From Antedon mediterranea (taxonomy: Eukaryota; Animalia; Echinodermata): a DNA stretch of 64,000 nt. Shown here piece after piece: positions 12,941 through 34,656 of the stretch (position 1 is the stretch's first letter; every line of letters starts with the position of its first letter). The translations under genes and the position numbers were made by a program. A model generated the notes under the pieces. It searched no databases and had not been told where the DNA came from. It worked only from the letters and a program-made list of their open reading frames with translations. The stretch lies in NCBI RefSeq assembly GCF_964355755.1, contig NC_092676.1:18184871-18248870 (forward strand), read 5' to 3'.

Positions 12941-13529
12941 GCAAGATGTATATGGCAATATAGAAAAACATTTTAAAAGGGTTTTATTAAAAGCAAAACA
13001 ATCAATTGACTGACTGGTAATTTAAAAACAAAACAGTAACAAATGTATGCAAGCCCTTTACGACTGTATCAAACAAAATAAGGCCATATACATAATTATA
13101 ATAGATTTAATTTCAAATACATTCAATTAATCATACACCACAAAGGGAGGGGGCGGGGGGGGGGGGAACTGGGAAGAGGATGGTCAAACGGAGATCAATG
13201 GTAAAACCGTAACAATGAAAGTTACATCCTTTTGGGATCATGCTTCTTGTCGTAATAGGAAAAGTTCACTGAACACTGAATTACATCAATTACACTTGAA
13301 GAGTACACTTGACTGCTTCTTCTTCAATAATAATGCTAAAACTGACATAAAAGTACATAAAATTTGTCAGCGTCATACACTAAAATAGTGTAACTCTCTA
13401 TCTGTAGTGTGAATAACGCCATATTTTGTAGTTCTCTCAGGGCCGTGTGTATAAAATATAGCAATACGATGACCCCCTACTTGTTTTAAAAGATGTACTA
13501 AAAATGCATACATGAGCATTGTGTCACTG

Positions 13530-13660
13530 TACACTGGACCTACAATTTGTAGTCCTTGTTCTACCACCAGAACCATGGAGCGACCGAGCCTCGAACCCCT
13601 ACCGATGTTATGGCTAAAGATTACGGTTCCACTGTCTTAGCAGCTCAGACAATCACTCAT
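13530..13660 (-). mobile_element. tRNA-derived SINE fragment (family also at about 26375-26526)
   Basis: The two loci share TGGACCTA..TT.TAGTCCT, TTGTTCTACCACCAGA and ATGGCTA..GATT. The minus strand shows degenerate A/B boxes. Confidence 0.5.
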
Positions 13661-14321
13661 CACCAATTGATATTAACACTTGTTGATTTACTATATATCT
13701 TATATAAATTATTGACAGAGTAACTGTACTCAAATGTGCATGGTTGATCTATGTTGGTTCTCATACTCTGGACACAAAACAACCCTTTTTCTTAAGTTTC
13801 AGACTCTTTTTGCACACAGTCCATGGTAAACTGACTTAGCCGGTACTAATACAAGTCACACATAGTTATGTTATAAACTTAATTCACAAATAAACTAGTT
13901 TTCCTAATATTTATATACAAAAATATAAATGTCCAAAAACAAGCATGCAAAACATAAACAATAACAAAGGCTAGACAACCAAGAAACAAACGTTTTCATG
14001 CAAACTGAAGTAATCTCACTCACATTTTTGTTATCGCAACATTTGCATACAAGATACTTATATTTATCTACATTGTGTCTCCTGCATCGGCGTCTAGGCC
14101 TATCATTGGTTGGTCATTACCATGGTGATTTGACAAACCTAAAGGTAGTTTAGATACTGTATAAATTATAGTTTGAAAAATTGAAATGACAAAAATAGCA
14201 TTTATGTACATGCAGTGACGAAGCTGTTGATACAACATACCAAATAAAAAAGTTAGTACAATTAATATCAGTAACAACCACTCTTTTATTTTACAGATTC
14301 CATTTTTAGATATTCTGTTAA

Positions 14322-14665
14322 CAATGTATTGTTCCCCTGAACATTTTTAAATTTTTTTTTTTTAAATATGTCATTTTAATGTCACATAATACAGTAGTTA
14401 TTTACTTCGACCAAAAACTGGATCGAAAAAAAATTTATTTACCTGAAAAAAAATGGAATTTAAAGCAAAATATGGTCAAATTGGCTGCCATCCAATGGAT
14501 TTTTTGTTGAATTTAACCATTTACAGTATTATGTTATTTTATAAGTGAAAACATATTTTTTTTCTTTTTTTTTTTCTTCGGAAGTGATTAACTTTATTAA
14601 AAATACAAAATAAAGTCTGATTTAATTAATCCTCATTTTTCATGTTTTTGGGGGACAATACATCT
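14322..14665. mobile_element. Kolobok-like MITE family copy
   Basis: Ends in GGGGACAATACATCT|TTAA. The interior is homologous to 6861-7165. Confidence 0.75.
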
Positions 14666-15109
14666 TTAATTAGACTACAACCTATACAAGTAAGGTGAAG
14701 TACAATAAAAAGGTCTTTAACTGGTGATCTAACTCTAATCTTCAAAAGAAAACCTTTGATTTGCGATGTGCCAAGGGTGATTACCTGTACTCAAAAACCA
14801 TCAAAACCCAACAGGCACACAATAAAGTTTGGTCATTATCGGTTGTCTATTACTAGATTAGACTGCAGAACAGCAATATAGTATAAAGAATACAAAATTC
14901 ACAAAATAAAGCCGTCATAAAACAAATCATAGTTGCCTAGTGTTAGGAATGTACATAGAAATCAATCCTTGTTACTTTAGGCCTAGTGTAATTTTTCTTT
15001 TATTTCTTAAAAATATGTATAAATCGAGTGTGGGGTAGAATTGTACATGCATATAACGTGCAAACATGGAGACGGTATGACAGTGGGTGTCAAAAAAAGA
15101 AAAAAAGTA

Positions 15110-15474
15110 CAGACCTCCTAACTCTCCCCATAATGGCAAGAGTCTCCCGATATTTTGAGTCATCTCTCGCTAAAATGCAATTTCTCTCGATATTTTGGAT
15201 AAACCAAAAAAATCTCCCGATATACAGCATAGGCCCTACATTTAATTATTATTATATTATATTAAAACTTAATTTATACTACTCTAGATATTGATAAGAG
15301 AATAGAAAAAATACTAATATCGGTCCGTATAATGTTTCTAATCTATTCATTTAATGAATGATATAATGAGTTGCCAACGCATTTTTTGCTAATTCATTTT
15401 TTCCCTTCATTATACCACCCTCTATAGTTACTTAAAACCATCCGATATTTCATTTTTCCAAATTGGGAGGTCTG
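15110..15474. mobile_element. TIR MITE (hAT-like CAG termini) just downstream of the YIPF3 stop
   Basis: CAGACCTCCTAA ... TTGGGAGGTCTG. No clear TSD. Confidence 0.55.
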
Positions 15475-15588
15475 AAACTATTCTCAGTAAAATGTTGAAA
15501 TTAGCAGCATTCCAAGAATGATATGTAGAGTGTTAGTAAAATATGATAGATAAATAAAATGGTGCTTTAAAAAATTAATACAATGACA

Positions 15589-22624
<7,036 letters not shown>

Positions 22625-24680
22625 GGTGGAACTTTTCGGCGCTTTTATAACTTTGTTTTTATAGAAATAAATGTTAACGATTTTTACAATAAAAAATACT
22701 AATATGTATACTAAAATATATTTTATATTGAAAATATTATTTTAGTATCTATAAATACATATCTAAGTGATACACTAGTTATTTGTATGCCTATATAATA
22801 AACAAATATAGGCCTAGCCAAGTCCGAGGGTTAAAATTAAAAACAACATGGATGCATGCTGTTGTGCAGTCATCCATAGCTGTTTAGCGCGCTAAAGTCA
22901 CCTCCTCTGTTTACAAAATTAATGTTAAATCAAAATGAAGTAAAGTAGTCAAGGACCAATATTTTTTTAGATCTAGTAGTAGGGAAGTAAAATAAATTAG
23001 GTTAGGTCTAGGCCTAACTAATAATTTAATACTACTAGCTAGGCCTAAATAGGGCCTTAATTAGGCCTAAGAAGGCTAGGGCCTAGGCCTAGGCCTAGGC
23101 CTAATTGCTAGGTAGGCCCACCTAGCCTACTAGACAGGCCCCCCTGCCTGGCAGAGGGTAGAACCAGGCCCTGCCCAGGCCAAAGTTACTGACTGAACTG
23201 TGTGTACTAAAAAGTAAGGCGGCCCCTGGCTGGGCCTAACCTACTAGCTAGCTAGGCACCCATAGGAGAGAACCTAGTCCTAGCTAGCTTACATATGTTA
23301 TGCGCGATTTGAACGATTTGCGCAATTTAAAATTGCGCAAAGAATTCTTGCGCAATTTAAAATTGCGCAAGGATTTTCTTGCACAATATTAAATTGCGCA
23401 ATCAACTTGCGCAATATGACACCTTTGCGCAATTTGAAAACGAACTGTTTGTTATTTTTATTATTGTACTCATTTGTTGTTGAGAATGGTACCAAAGGTC
23501 GATCTTTTTTGTCATTAAATTTAATTTTTAAGTTAAATAGTAAACGTCTAATAATTCGTAATAATTATTGTTTCTAAAAAAAATCCAATCGTTTAGTCTT
23601 ATAATCGTCATTAGTACTGATATTTGAATTGAAATTATTATATTACTATTGGTATTTATTTATGCCTTCTCCTCATATTATGTGTGAATATGGTATTTTA
23701 TAGAACCATTGGGAATTCGAGATTTTTTTTATTCGGAAAAAAAATACGGGAGGGAGGCTCCCGGGAGGGTAAGGAAAAGCGATATTATCTTCAATTTTGA
23801 ATCATTCTTAGAAATTACTAAAAAAATATGGGTGTGCATGATTTCACAATCTGTCGAAAAACCTTGCGCAATTTGCAGATTACTTGCGCAATTTAATACG
23901 TTGCTTGCGCAATTTGAAACACATGTTTCAATTCAAATGGCGCAAGGAATTATTTGCGCAATTTTAAATTGCGCAAGAAAATCATTGCGCAATTTCAAAT
24001 TACGCAAATCGTTCAAATCATGCATAACATATACAAACAAGCTAGTAGTAGAAGTAGTACTATAGTAGGCTAGCTAGGCGGGATCTGGCCAAACTACCCT
24101 ATGTCTAGGAGGCCATCTAGACTCTACTCTACTACTAGCTAGGGCCAGGCGGATTAGTTAGTGAGTTCTAGTAGTTTAGTAGGGTAGCGTCGTACTAATC
24201 ATCGTCCGGTGGTTTTTTATAAAATGTTATACATTACTATACTACATACTGTACATGCTAACAATTTATATTTAATATTATTCTAAGTTATTGTAATATT
24301 TAATTGTACATTTTTTTTTTACATTTTTAATGTAAAAATAATGATGTAAGGTTTATTCTGAAACTCAAGACCGCCCTCTGTGATAAGTGATGTTTTGTTG
24401 ACATGTTGCGTCGAATGAAAATTTTGATTTTTTAACTCATTTCTAAAAAGAAAAATATAAATATAATAAGTTAAATTTACCACTCACTAAAACATATTAA
24501 TAAAATGTACTTGATGTCATTTTATGTCATAAAACCCAGGCATAGATTAGTATGTAACACACTTTTCCAAAAACCTTTGTTAGTGTTTTGGTTTTGGGCA
24601 ATTTAAAACAAGAATACCCACATAATAATAATGCCCACCTATATTTTGTTTGCAATAATACATTTTTTTTTTTTATTTGA
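22625..24680. promoter_or_regulatory. Divergent (head-to-head) promoter region of YIPF3 and RFWD3
   Basis: The start codons point away from each other about 2.1 kb apart. TSS positions cannot be determined from sequence alone. Confidence 0.5.
23294..24031. mobile_element. MITE with TTGCGCAA repeats, copy 2 (opposite orientation)
   Basis: Same TIRs as 4131-4842. 23780-24031 is the reverse complement of about 4131-4355. The interior differs from copy 1. Confidence 0.85.
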
Positions 24681-24717
24681 GGTTTGAAGAGTTTTTAAAT
24701 TGAGAGATGTTCTTAAA

Positions 24718-27700
24718 ATGGAACAAGGTCAGCAAGAGGTCATCACAATACCAGATGATGAAGATTCTGATTCTGATAGTGACAGCGTCTTAATGATTGG
24801 CGAAACCAGAGGATTATATACACGCCCATCAAGACGATTGCAATCTTCAGGTTGTTTAAAGCTCAATCTATACTACCAAACTTTTTGTGGCAAAAAAATG
24901 TGATGTGCCCATATATGGACATGATGTCATATCACTACCATATTAGGGAATATCACTACCATATTTGGGAACATCACACTTTTTTGTCAAACTAGTTTGA
25001 TAGTGTAGAAAATGCTTTATATTTGTTATTCTAAACATTTATAGACTGGTGTGGAAATAATTGTTTTATTTGCAATTTGTGTTTGGGCATCGATGACAAC
25101 TGATAAACAAAACCGCAATTACAATCAAGAGAAATAAAACACATTATTTATTTTTATTTGAGAGCTCAGGGTAACATGAGCCCACTCAGGTCATGAAATA
25201 TACAAATAATAAATGTTTATTATTGCAATGGTACAAATAATGAGGTGAAAGATGAAATATAAACAATCTTTCACTGAATGCAATTATTTGTACCATTGTA
25301 TGAATAAAAAACATTCATTATTTGTTAACTAACACACCTACTTTTAGATGGCCTAAACCAATCGAAAAGGCAGCGCTCAAAGTGTATTTGTAAGTTTAAG
25401 TATATGTTTTAATCTTTATAGATTCTGATACAGACGTAGAAATAATAGAACCACACAATAATGCTGAAGATTCTGGCAGTGAAACGGATCTCTTTCAGAG
25501 TTCATCTGATGAGACTGACATTGATGATGAACCTGTTAGTAGAAACGCAGCACCATCGGACCAGCCTGTCATTCAGCAGCAAGTCAGGGAGCCCATGCTT
25601 CCTTCTGGTTCGTCGTTTGTCCCAGGACAGAATTTTTCAATAGCAGCTAGACAATTAATTGTACCTGCTCAGTCTACCCATGTTCAGTCTGTTCCAAGGT
25701 TACCAGCAACAACATCCTCGGCCTACAATTATGGGCAAGTTGGGGATAGTATGATGCCTGTTAACAATAGACGTTTTAATATTTCTCAACCTTTGACTGT
25801 TGACCCGCCGATGTCGTCGCAACTTATTGTAAATCAAAATCGGGTAGAAATCACAGAGATTCCAATTGAAGTACCAATGGAGGTTGAGAATATTCCAGTA
25901 AATGCTCCAGTAAACACAGCTGTAAATGAGTCACTGTTAGATTTTGCAGTGAAGAAAGATTCAAAGAAAGAAAAAGAGGACACTAGTAGCGATGATGAAG
26001 GGGTTAGTAGCTATAGCAATATTATTTTATACAATATCAGCAAATGTCCCAAAATGAGAGACCATATCGTGCCATAGTTTCTGATTGATTACTTACTGTA
26101 TCTTTTTTTTTTCCATATACAAAAGCACAAGACAGCATTGAATAGCTACATATTTATTGGTTCTTATTTATTTACCTTTATACTGAGTGACCTCTCCAGT
26201 CAAAAACTGTTCTCCCAGAGAGCCCAACATACAGGACTATGATGATGAGGAGACGATCCCTTAAACCGATGTGTGTAACAGTGGCTGTGTACAGTATGAA
26301 CTAGTACACTGGTGTAACCCTCTATTCGTCCCAAAAGATGTATTTTGTTCTTTAAAGTGCATGTGAGCATTTTGTGTACAATGGACCTATGGTTTATAGT
26401 CCTTATCGGAGAAGACTTGTTCTACCACCAGAGCCATAAAGAGCGTCAGCCTCGGACTCTTTTTAACGATATTATGGCTATGGATTTGGGTTGCACTGTT
26501 TTAACCACTCAGTCAATCACCCGCCTACAATCTTACCTGAGTGAGTAGAGAGTAGTGATTTATGTGTTGATTTTCAGCAAAGAAAAAAACAACATAATAA
26601 AATGCGTCTTTTATTTTCAGCAATGCTGCATCATTTGTTACGAAGCATGGACCAACTCTGGAGCGCATCGTGTTGCTTCCCTCAAATGTGGTCATGTCTT
26701 TGGTCAAAGGTGAGAATTTGCTTGTATTTTGAGTTAGCCTTAAAAAACATTAGCGTTCAAAGACAACATAAGATAAAAAAAAAATATTGGCAGCAGAAAA
26801 TATTTATACACAAATATTGTTTGACTTTTCCAGGCCTGTTATATTCTGATTTACATAGAGTATAATGGCAAAAACTGCAAAAAATTAAAATGTTCTCAAT
26901 GTCCAAGCGACAATTATCTGTCACTATGTCAGATATTATATATTCAAAAAGGATACTGTAATCGTTGCAATAAAATATGATATTTTTCATATAAAACATG
27001 GTTTATTTTTTTAGTTGTATTGAAAAATGGTTGAAAGGAAATAATGGAAAATGCCCACAATGCAATGCAAAGGCCAAAAAGGGAGATATTCGTGTCTTGT
27101 ATGTTAAAGCATTGAAAGTGACGGACACAGCTGAACGGGACAGGGCACTTAAGGATCTTGAAAATGAGAAATCAATGCGGAGAAGCGCTGAAATCAAGGC
27201 CGAACAATTTCGTTTGAAATATCAGATGGCAATTGAGGAGAGTAAAAATATGAAAATGAAGATGAAGGCATATGAAAGTGGTATACATTTAAATCAAAAG
27301 TGAGTATTAGCTTGTTGTGGTATGAAATATTATTATCATCTAGTGCAGGGATACAGTCACCCTCAGACGTTGCTCTCATACTTCAGGTTTAAGATTTTAC
27401 CCAATTGTTGTTTTATAATAAAAAAAAATTTTTTTCTCTTTTGTGGCGTGAACCACCACCTTTATTCTTTCATATCATAATTAAATACATTACAAATAAA
27501 TCAGTAATATCTGTCTTCATATGTTCTTTCTTTAATTATATTGTTTTCCGTTAATATTCTACATTTTTCTTTATATTTTTCTGCTCAAAAAAAAATATCA
27601 GTAATTTTTGTAAATTTTAGTTTTTCACATATTGTTTCTAATATTATCCTCCTGCTTTCATGGTTTGTTATTATTCACATTGTACACAGACAATATACAT

Positions 27701-30700
27701 ACCGTATTGTTTCATACCCTTTTAATTCATACCATTTATATACATCTTATAGACACTATATACAAAGATATAAAACAACGTTAAATAATATAATAATAAT
27801 ATAATAAAAAAATTAGTACGTACAGGTATAAGGCTATATCATAGAAATATTAATTATACAGTATTTTATTAAGAATCCCTGCTTCAGGACACCTCTTTTC
27901 AGGGACACAAATGAGGTGCAATATGTTAATAACACTACAGTCAACCCCTATTAAGGGGACACTGCTATTAAAGGTCGTGAGGTAATTTCCCGATTGATCG
28001 TAATCAAAACGGTACTGGGTATGGTCTACTAGCGTTCCTGCTCCCAGCAAGTACATCCATTCATAGAACCTTTAATGAAGAAAGCCTACCTGGTGGTAAC
28101 CATAGAACGGTCCCGAGATAACGACTATACTTCGGCTTTAGTCGATAGAAGATTGAAAAAATTGTTAGAGATAGAGTATACGATGTTTGATTATGTGTAG
28201 ATGTGTGATTGATTATTTTATTCAAATGATGTTATTTATTTAATAAATTTTTTATATCAATTAATTAAATTATTGTAGATTGTATATTATGCGAGAAATA
28301 TTATTTAATACATTTTTGATATATTATTATTATTATAATATTAATAAAAAGATATTTGTTAGTATAAATTTAAAAACAAAATAGACAGTTATTTGTGAGA
28401 CTTTTGTTATATTTGATTGATACACAGTACTGAAAAGGAGTATTGATTTCTCTTCCAGTACTGGGTATTTCATTTACCACTAATGCAACAGTTAAGTATT
28501 GTTTTTGATGCATTAATACAAATGGGAAAATGCAATTAAATATCCATTTTCTTTAGAAGTAGGGTGCATAATTCAACTAATAGCAAGTCATCCTCAGAAG
28601 CTGTCTGCAAATACGTTTTACAAAAGACAATTCAAGTATCTCCGGTAGGTTATTTGCTCCTTTATAAAACCAATACACATTTTAATTTTTAATGTATGGA
28701 TATTTTAAGTGTCAACTACACTTGACCTACTACAAGCACTGATCAAAGTTTATTTTATCACTATGTATTAACTTATTTCATTTTTTAAAAATCTTTTCAT
28801 ATTTTTTGAAAATTCTTTACAAATTAATAGATACTACCGTATATTTCGGTGTATAAGTCGCACCTGTGTATAAGACGCACCCCCTAACTGAGAGTAAAAT
28901 ATCGGTATTTTTTATATTGTCGATGTATAAGACGCACCTTATATTTCATCAAAACAATGTTTTTTTAAAATTCTAATCAATATTATTGTAATAATATATT
29001 TTGTTATATCTACAACGACGTCCTTTATTTAGGTTTTTTCTTACCTAGGCTCGGCCGCGCCCAGCCTAAACAAGTTGTTTCTAACTTGTTATTCATGAGT
29101 TTCGCACCCCCAACATCGAGTGCACGACCGAGTGTGTAACACGCACGTGTGTGGGCTAGCCTCGCTCGATCATTTTGAGAGGGCGCACGTTTTCACGGAC
29201 AATCGTATTCGATTAGTATCTATGTATCCGAGAAGTGTGTACGCTAGGTCCACGCTATAATCACCTGGAGAATATTAGTCGAATACCGTACAACATGTGG
29301 CCGCCAAGAAGGGCTTGCGCTGGGGGTACGGCGGTCGGCGATCGTGCGAATAACTATAAATAAATACTATTCCAATCGATCGTAAACGTTTACAAATGAA
29401 ATTTTATCGGAGCGTTTAAAACAGCTCCATAATAAACAAATCTTTTCATCATATTTAGTATAACATCACGCTAAAATGCCTTGAAAACTAGGCAGAAGCA
29501 GGTTGCCGTTACGTTAGTACACTGTAGCTAGGCCTAGCCAACGAGGTGATGATATATATGTACACTCTGTGTGTGGTGAGGCATTTATGTTCGGTGTATA
29601 AGACGCACCCTTAATTTAGAGGTCAAATTTGCGTGTCAAAAGTGCGACTTATACACCGAAATATACGGTAAATAGTGATAAAGATATACAGAGTAGATTA
29701 TAAAGTTGTAGAATTTGTATAGTTTATGGAATGAAACTAAAATATTATTCATAATACTATTTCTGCATACAATTCTGTAATAATATTGTAATTACTCATA
29801 AATAAAACAGATGTAAAAAAATATCAGTTCTCAGGTATTGAGTGACCCTTGCACTTAGATGTAAAAAAAAATGTTTGTTTTTGTTTTTTAATTACTAGAA
29901 TGGAAAATGTAGAGTGATGACTTTTGATAGTACATATGATGCCATTCTGGTTTCCTTGCCATCACCACAGCAACTGTTCCCAGGCTTTGGTGTCAAAAAG
30001 GTTTGAAAAATACCTCTAATTCTCTCAGATTGATTACAAAACTGGAGTGCCTAAATTTACTACTTTCTACCAGTGTACAATGTCAAAAAAATGTACTGAT
30101 AACTATCCCAGTCTTTTATCAAAAATTATAAAACTAAATCATCAATGTGTTTATTACTCATTTAATTCCATTAAAACCTCTCCTTGAGAATACCCATATT
30201 AATAGTAACACTTTCCATGAAACAAAACAGGGAACTATTATGTTTTAACACTACAGCAAACCTCTATTTAGTGGAGACACTTTGTTGAGTCCTGAAGGTA
30301 TCCCCTATAGGAATAATACTGTAATTATGTTCCAAAATCTGTTTTAATATTTGTAAAAAGTTTAATTTTATATTTGCATTTTTGTTTTTGCTTTGCTTTG
30401 TTTGTTTAATAATTCTGAATTTTTTTGGTGTAAAATAGTTATATCCTTACAGATCAATGCCTATTGAAATTTAACAAAATTGGTTCTTTAATTACATCAC
30501 AAATAAAAAACAGAACAATTTGTATTCTTTTAACACGGGCCAAAATATCAACATGCGTCTGTAGCAATATTTTGCCAAGTACTTCCAAGTTTCTGAGTGC
30601 TTTCATTAAATATTTAATTTCTTTATTTTGAATTCTATTACTTATATAGATTAGTGCAATTGATAACAGCAATGCCTATATTTCAATACACAAGAATTTG

Positions 30701-33700
30701 ATTAGAGATCTTTGCTGTAACACACGTCAAGATGGCCTGCTACTGACTGCATCTGCGGATAAAACAATGAAGATAACCAGCATTAGCAGTTTCAACACTG
30801 TTCAAACGTATGTTCCAAAATCTGTTGTTTTAATCTGTACAAAGTTCAATTCTATATGCGCATGTTATACCAATTGTTCAATTGAAGGTAGAGAAACAAC
30901 AAAAGTGGTACCTCAATTTAGGGGTTTCCTTCCTATTATTATTACTGTATACAAATAATGAATGGGGAGAAATCTCTCTGTTTTTATTTGTTTTATAACA
31001 CACCTACAGTTCTTAGAGTAAACTTTTATTCAATTATTTCGCTGCATCCATCTTGAACCGAATGTTGAAAGCTTAGGCCCCACAAATATTTGAAGCACAG
31101 TTATAGACAGTGCACTCCACAGGTGTTTTCCCGTGTTCCCATCACAACATATTCAAGCCTACTCCATTTTTTCTTTACAAAAGCTGATAGTGTACATAAG
31201 TTGATTTAATTTCGAAAATTATAATGCAAAATATTACATTCAGGACTTCATTCCACAATTTTTTTAGGCCCTGTCGTTTTTTTTACATCCTGGTGCAATA
31301 GTACCTTTAATTATTGAAATGGGAGAAAAATGCTAAATTAACCAATCGTATGGCAGAGATTAAATGATGTGTTATAAAGGATTATGTTGAAAAAGTTGTT
31401 TTTTTTGTTTAAGATTCCAATCTGATTTCCAATTCTGGGCATGTGCATGGAACACAGATGATGTGAACTATATCTATGGTGGCTTGCAGAATGGGTCTGT
31501 GTTGGTTTATGATACAAGGCAAGCCAATCAGGCAGTTCAAGTCCTTAACAATAATAATTATTCAACTCCTATGGTGTCTTTGGTATATGTACCCGTTGGT
31601 GGACCATCTTCGTAAGTTTAATGTATTATATATTCTAAAAGAAAAAACTTTTATTACAGATCTATTAAAGTCAAAAGTGAGAAAAGAAATGAAAATACTA
31701 ATACAAATAGTAAAGCCTAAAGAAGTTTACATATAATATTAGGGACTTTTAGATTTGCGCCTCCACTATGTCGACTGCTACCCTACTGTACGACGCCATT
31801 TTCATGATATGTGCATGCACTAGGCGACTGGTACATCGACTGGCAAATTTGAGAACAGGTTATAACCTGGATCACTAGGATGCCAACCATTGTACAGAAA
31901 ATTAAAGATCTAGGCTGCCTAAGCTACACAATTAGCCTAAGTCTGTGTACTTCCACCAACACAGCGGTGAAATAGCTCCATGGACGAGGGCTTCTAGAGA
32001 TTTGAAGGTCAGACCCAAAGAGCATTACGTCATACGTTCACTGGCACGTCAACGTTAGTGTCCACTTAATCTAAACGTTCATATATTTGTCGATGAGTAA
32101 CAGTCGACTACGACCCATGTTCACTCAAATCAAAGTCCCTATAGTCTTTGGTACTGTATACATTTTAATACTTATTTGACTATTTAACTATTTGAATCAT
32201 ACAATATTCATTCATAATATTAATTTTCTAAAATATAGGGCTTCTGGATTACTAATGAATACGTTGGAAACGAATGGATTTTGGGAAAAGAAGGAAGGTG
32301 CTGAGTGGTTCTGCCACAATCTGGATATGGATAGTGAGTTCCATTACTAAAACTCATTTATTATAATAGGAGCAGTGCTCTTTTCAATCCCTATGTCTAT
32401 TAACATTGATATACCATATATAAAAAGCTCATAGCAGAGATGTAAGGTATGAGAGAGAATATATTATGCAAGAATCTCCTCGCGCCATCAATTCGCATTC
32501 AAAACGCTGTATCGAAGGTACAGGGTGATTTTAGCTTACATTGGCCTCCGTCATTTCCCATTTCTCAGAGCCATTTTCACAGTGCTCTCTCCAAACTTGA
32601 AATTCTATCCCGCAGTGCATTTTTAAATTTATGTTGCACACTTTCAGGACAAACAGGAGATTCTTGTTCTTTGCTTCTGTTTATATCCCTAAAGCTATGT
32701 CTACACTATCAAACTACCCAGTATGGTAGTGATATGACATAATGTCCATATATGTACACATCACATTTTTTTTCACATAAACTTTGATAGTATAGACAGA
32801 GCGTTAGAGGTACTTGGGAAGTGGTAAGAAGCAATCAAGCATGTCACGTCTTCCCACAAACTAATTGGCCATTACTAAAACTGAATTTAAGCTATATTTT
32901 GATACATATATGTTGCTGCATACAGTAGTGTTGAAGATAAGCCTAAAGGAACCTTTTATAATCTATTTATAAGTCTTACATTCAATTATTATTTCAATCT
33001 CTTGTTTAAAAGTAAAATAATTCAGGAAAATTAATAGTCTTTCAATCTCTAAATTCTATTCATATAAATTCTAAATAAATGTTGTATTTAATTTGTCGTT
33101 AGGGAGATGCACTGGGATGAGTTTCGAGAAACGAACACGGCATCTATTGGCTTCTTACCGTGCAAGTGATGGAGTACGACATACAAGACGCGTGGTATGT
33201 CCTAAAAAACATTGGAATTGTTACAATGAATTACTTAGGGACCACGGTGGTCAACAAATGGAAAGTAGTTCTAACATAAAAAGACAACATACTGTATCTG
33301 CAGGAGGCTCTACGTAATCTAAACTTCATTGGGATACTTTGAGTTACTGAGTTATATATGCACAACTCTATTTATGTTTAAACTACTCTTTCAGGGAGTT
33401 TTCAGGGAAAATGTAATTCCTATATAATGACATGCAAGATCTGGTCAAAACCTTAGTTGACCAAAATGTTAACGAAACATGAATAAATTTATCAAATTTG
33501 TACAGAAAAATTAGAAAAACAAAATGGTAAATTTAGAGTTATATTTATTAGACAATAAATATTTTTAAAATGGTCGACGGTCATTGCAAGTAAAGGGTCT
33601 ACATAGCAATGCGCTTTTTTAACTACGTGCGGTGTGCACGATACATACGTTGCTTCCATGATCGAAACGATATTAAAACAAACAAGTTCAACTGTTCGTA

Positions 33701-34656
33701 CATCACACTACTACAATACTGTAGAATGATGACATCATCTATTAAGGGGTCCCACTGAAAAATCCCTAAATTAAATAAATAATATTTATATATAATATTT
33801 TATTTTTATTTTTACAGATGTATAACTTTCAATGCCAATCTGTTGGTGCTACAGATACAAGAATGGTGACATGTACTCCTATAGAAACATTCTACGGTGG
33901 GTCAACCATGAAACAACTGACGCGCTCACGACTCTTCCCTAGCCCTGCAGGGGCTGACAAGTTGCTTGTTTGTGGAGGGGACGAAGCCAGTGGATCTGTA
34001 AGAATTGTTCAAAGTTTTTTAAACCTGAAACTCTGTATCAAACAAACAAAACAACTGTGATGTGTCCATAATGTGGACACGATGATGTCATATCACTACC
34101 ATATTTGGGCACGTCACATTTTTTCTTGTCAAACTAGTGTGGATAGAGCTTAACTTAAGGAAATATGTCATATTTGTAATTGGGCAGTTTATTGCATTCC
34201 AATAATGGTATATTTCTTGTACCTTTTGCACTAATTTTTTTTCAAAATGAACAGATGTGACACTATAGTTTGGTGTTTAACATGCCAGTTACCAAGGGTG
34301 TGGGTTCAAATCATGTTTTCAATCAGAAATAAGATTTAAATGAAAACAATAAAAATGGCGACCAAGATATAAATTCAGAAATTTTGGGTTTTATTTTCAT
34401 CCTCCTGTACAAGTGGTATTTGTATTGTGTCAAAAAAAAAAAAAAGGGATTTCACATTAGTTAAACATAACAAAAATAATATAATATTTATATTTTTTTT
34501 CAGGCCCACCTGTGGGATGCGGGTAGCGGCAGATTACTTCAAAAAATTCAAGTGAATGCTAATGTACTTGACGTTTGCCCATTTTACAGCAATAACAATC
34601 ATTTTCTGGCAACCTTATCAGACAAGGATTTAAAGATTTTTAATTGGAGATTATGA
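24718..34656 (+). CDS. RFWD3: E3 ubiquitin ligase RFWD3 (RING, coiled coil, WD40), about 717 aa, 12 coding exons
   Basis: Phase-consistent exons: 24718-24850, 25422-26002, 26621-26709, 27015-27299, 28557-28644, 29899-30000, 30650-30807, 31414-31611, 32239-32333, 33103-33194, 33818-33997, 34504-34656. RING: [34 protein letters not shown]...KCPQC. WD-region motifs: [43 protein letters not shown]. The start codon is less certain than the rest. Confidence 0.93.
28837..29668. mobile_element. pogo/Tc1-mariner-type MITE, copy 2 (in an RFWD3 intron)
   Basis: TA TSD and the same TIRs. It is a full-length reverse complement of 4877-5724 apart from small indels. Confidence 0.9.
31741..32140. mobile_element. 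Harbinger-like MITE in an RFWD3 intron
   Basis: AGGGACTTT(TA)GATTTG ... CAAATCAAAGTCCCT termini with ATT/ATA flanks. Confidence 0.6.

Noticed and set aside
23709-24065. 118-aa ORF and the similar ORFs at 4121-4357, 4650-4838 and 23298-23495
   Set aside because: These are translations of the TTGCGCAA MITE repeats and have no transposase motifs.
30326-30863. Possible decayed duplicate of an RFWD3 exon
   Set aside because: Only about 50 bp of intronic similarity (TATGTTCCAAAATCTGTT at about 30326 and 30809), with no recoverable reading frame.
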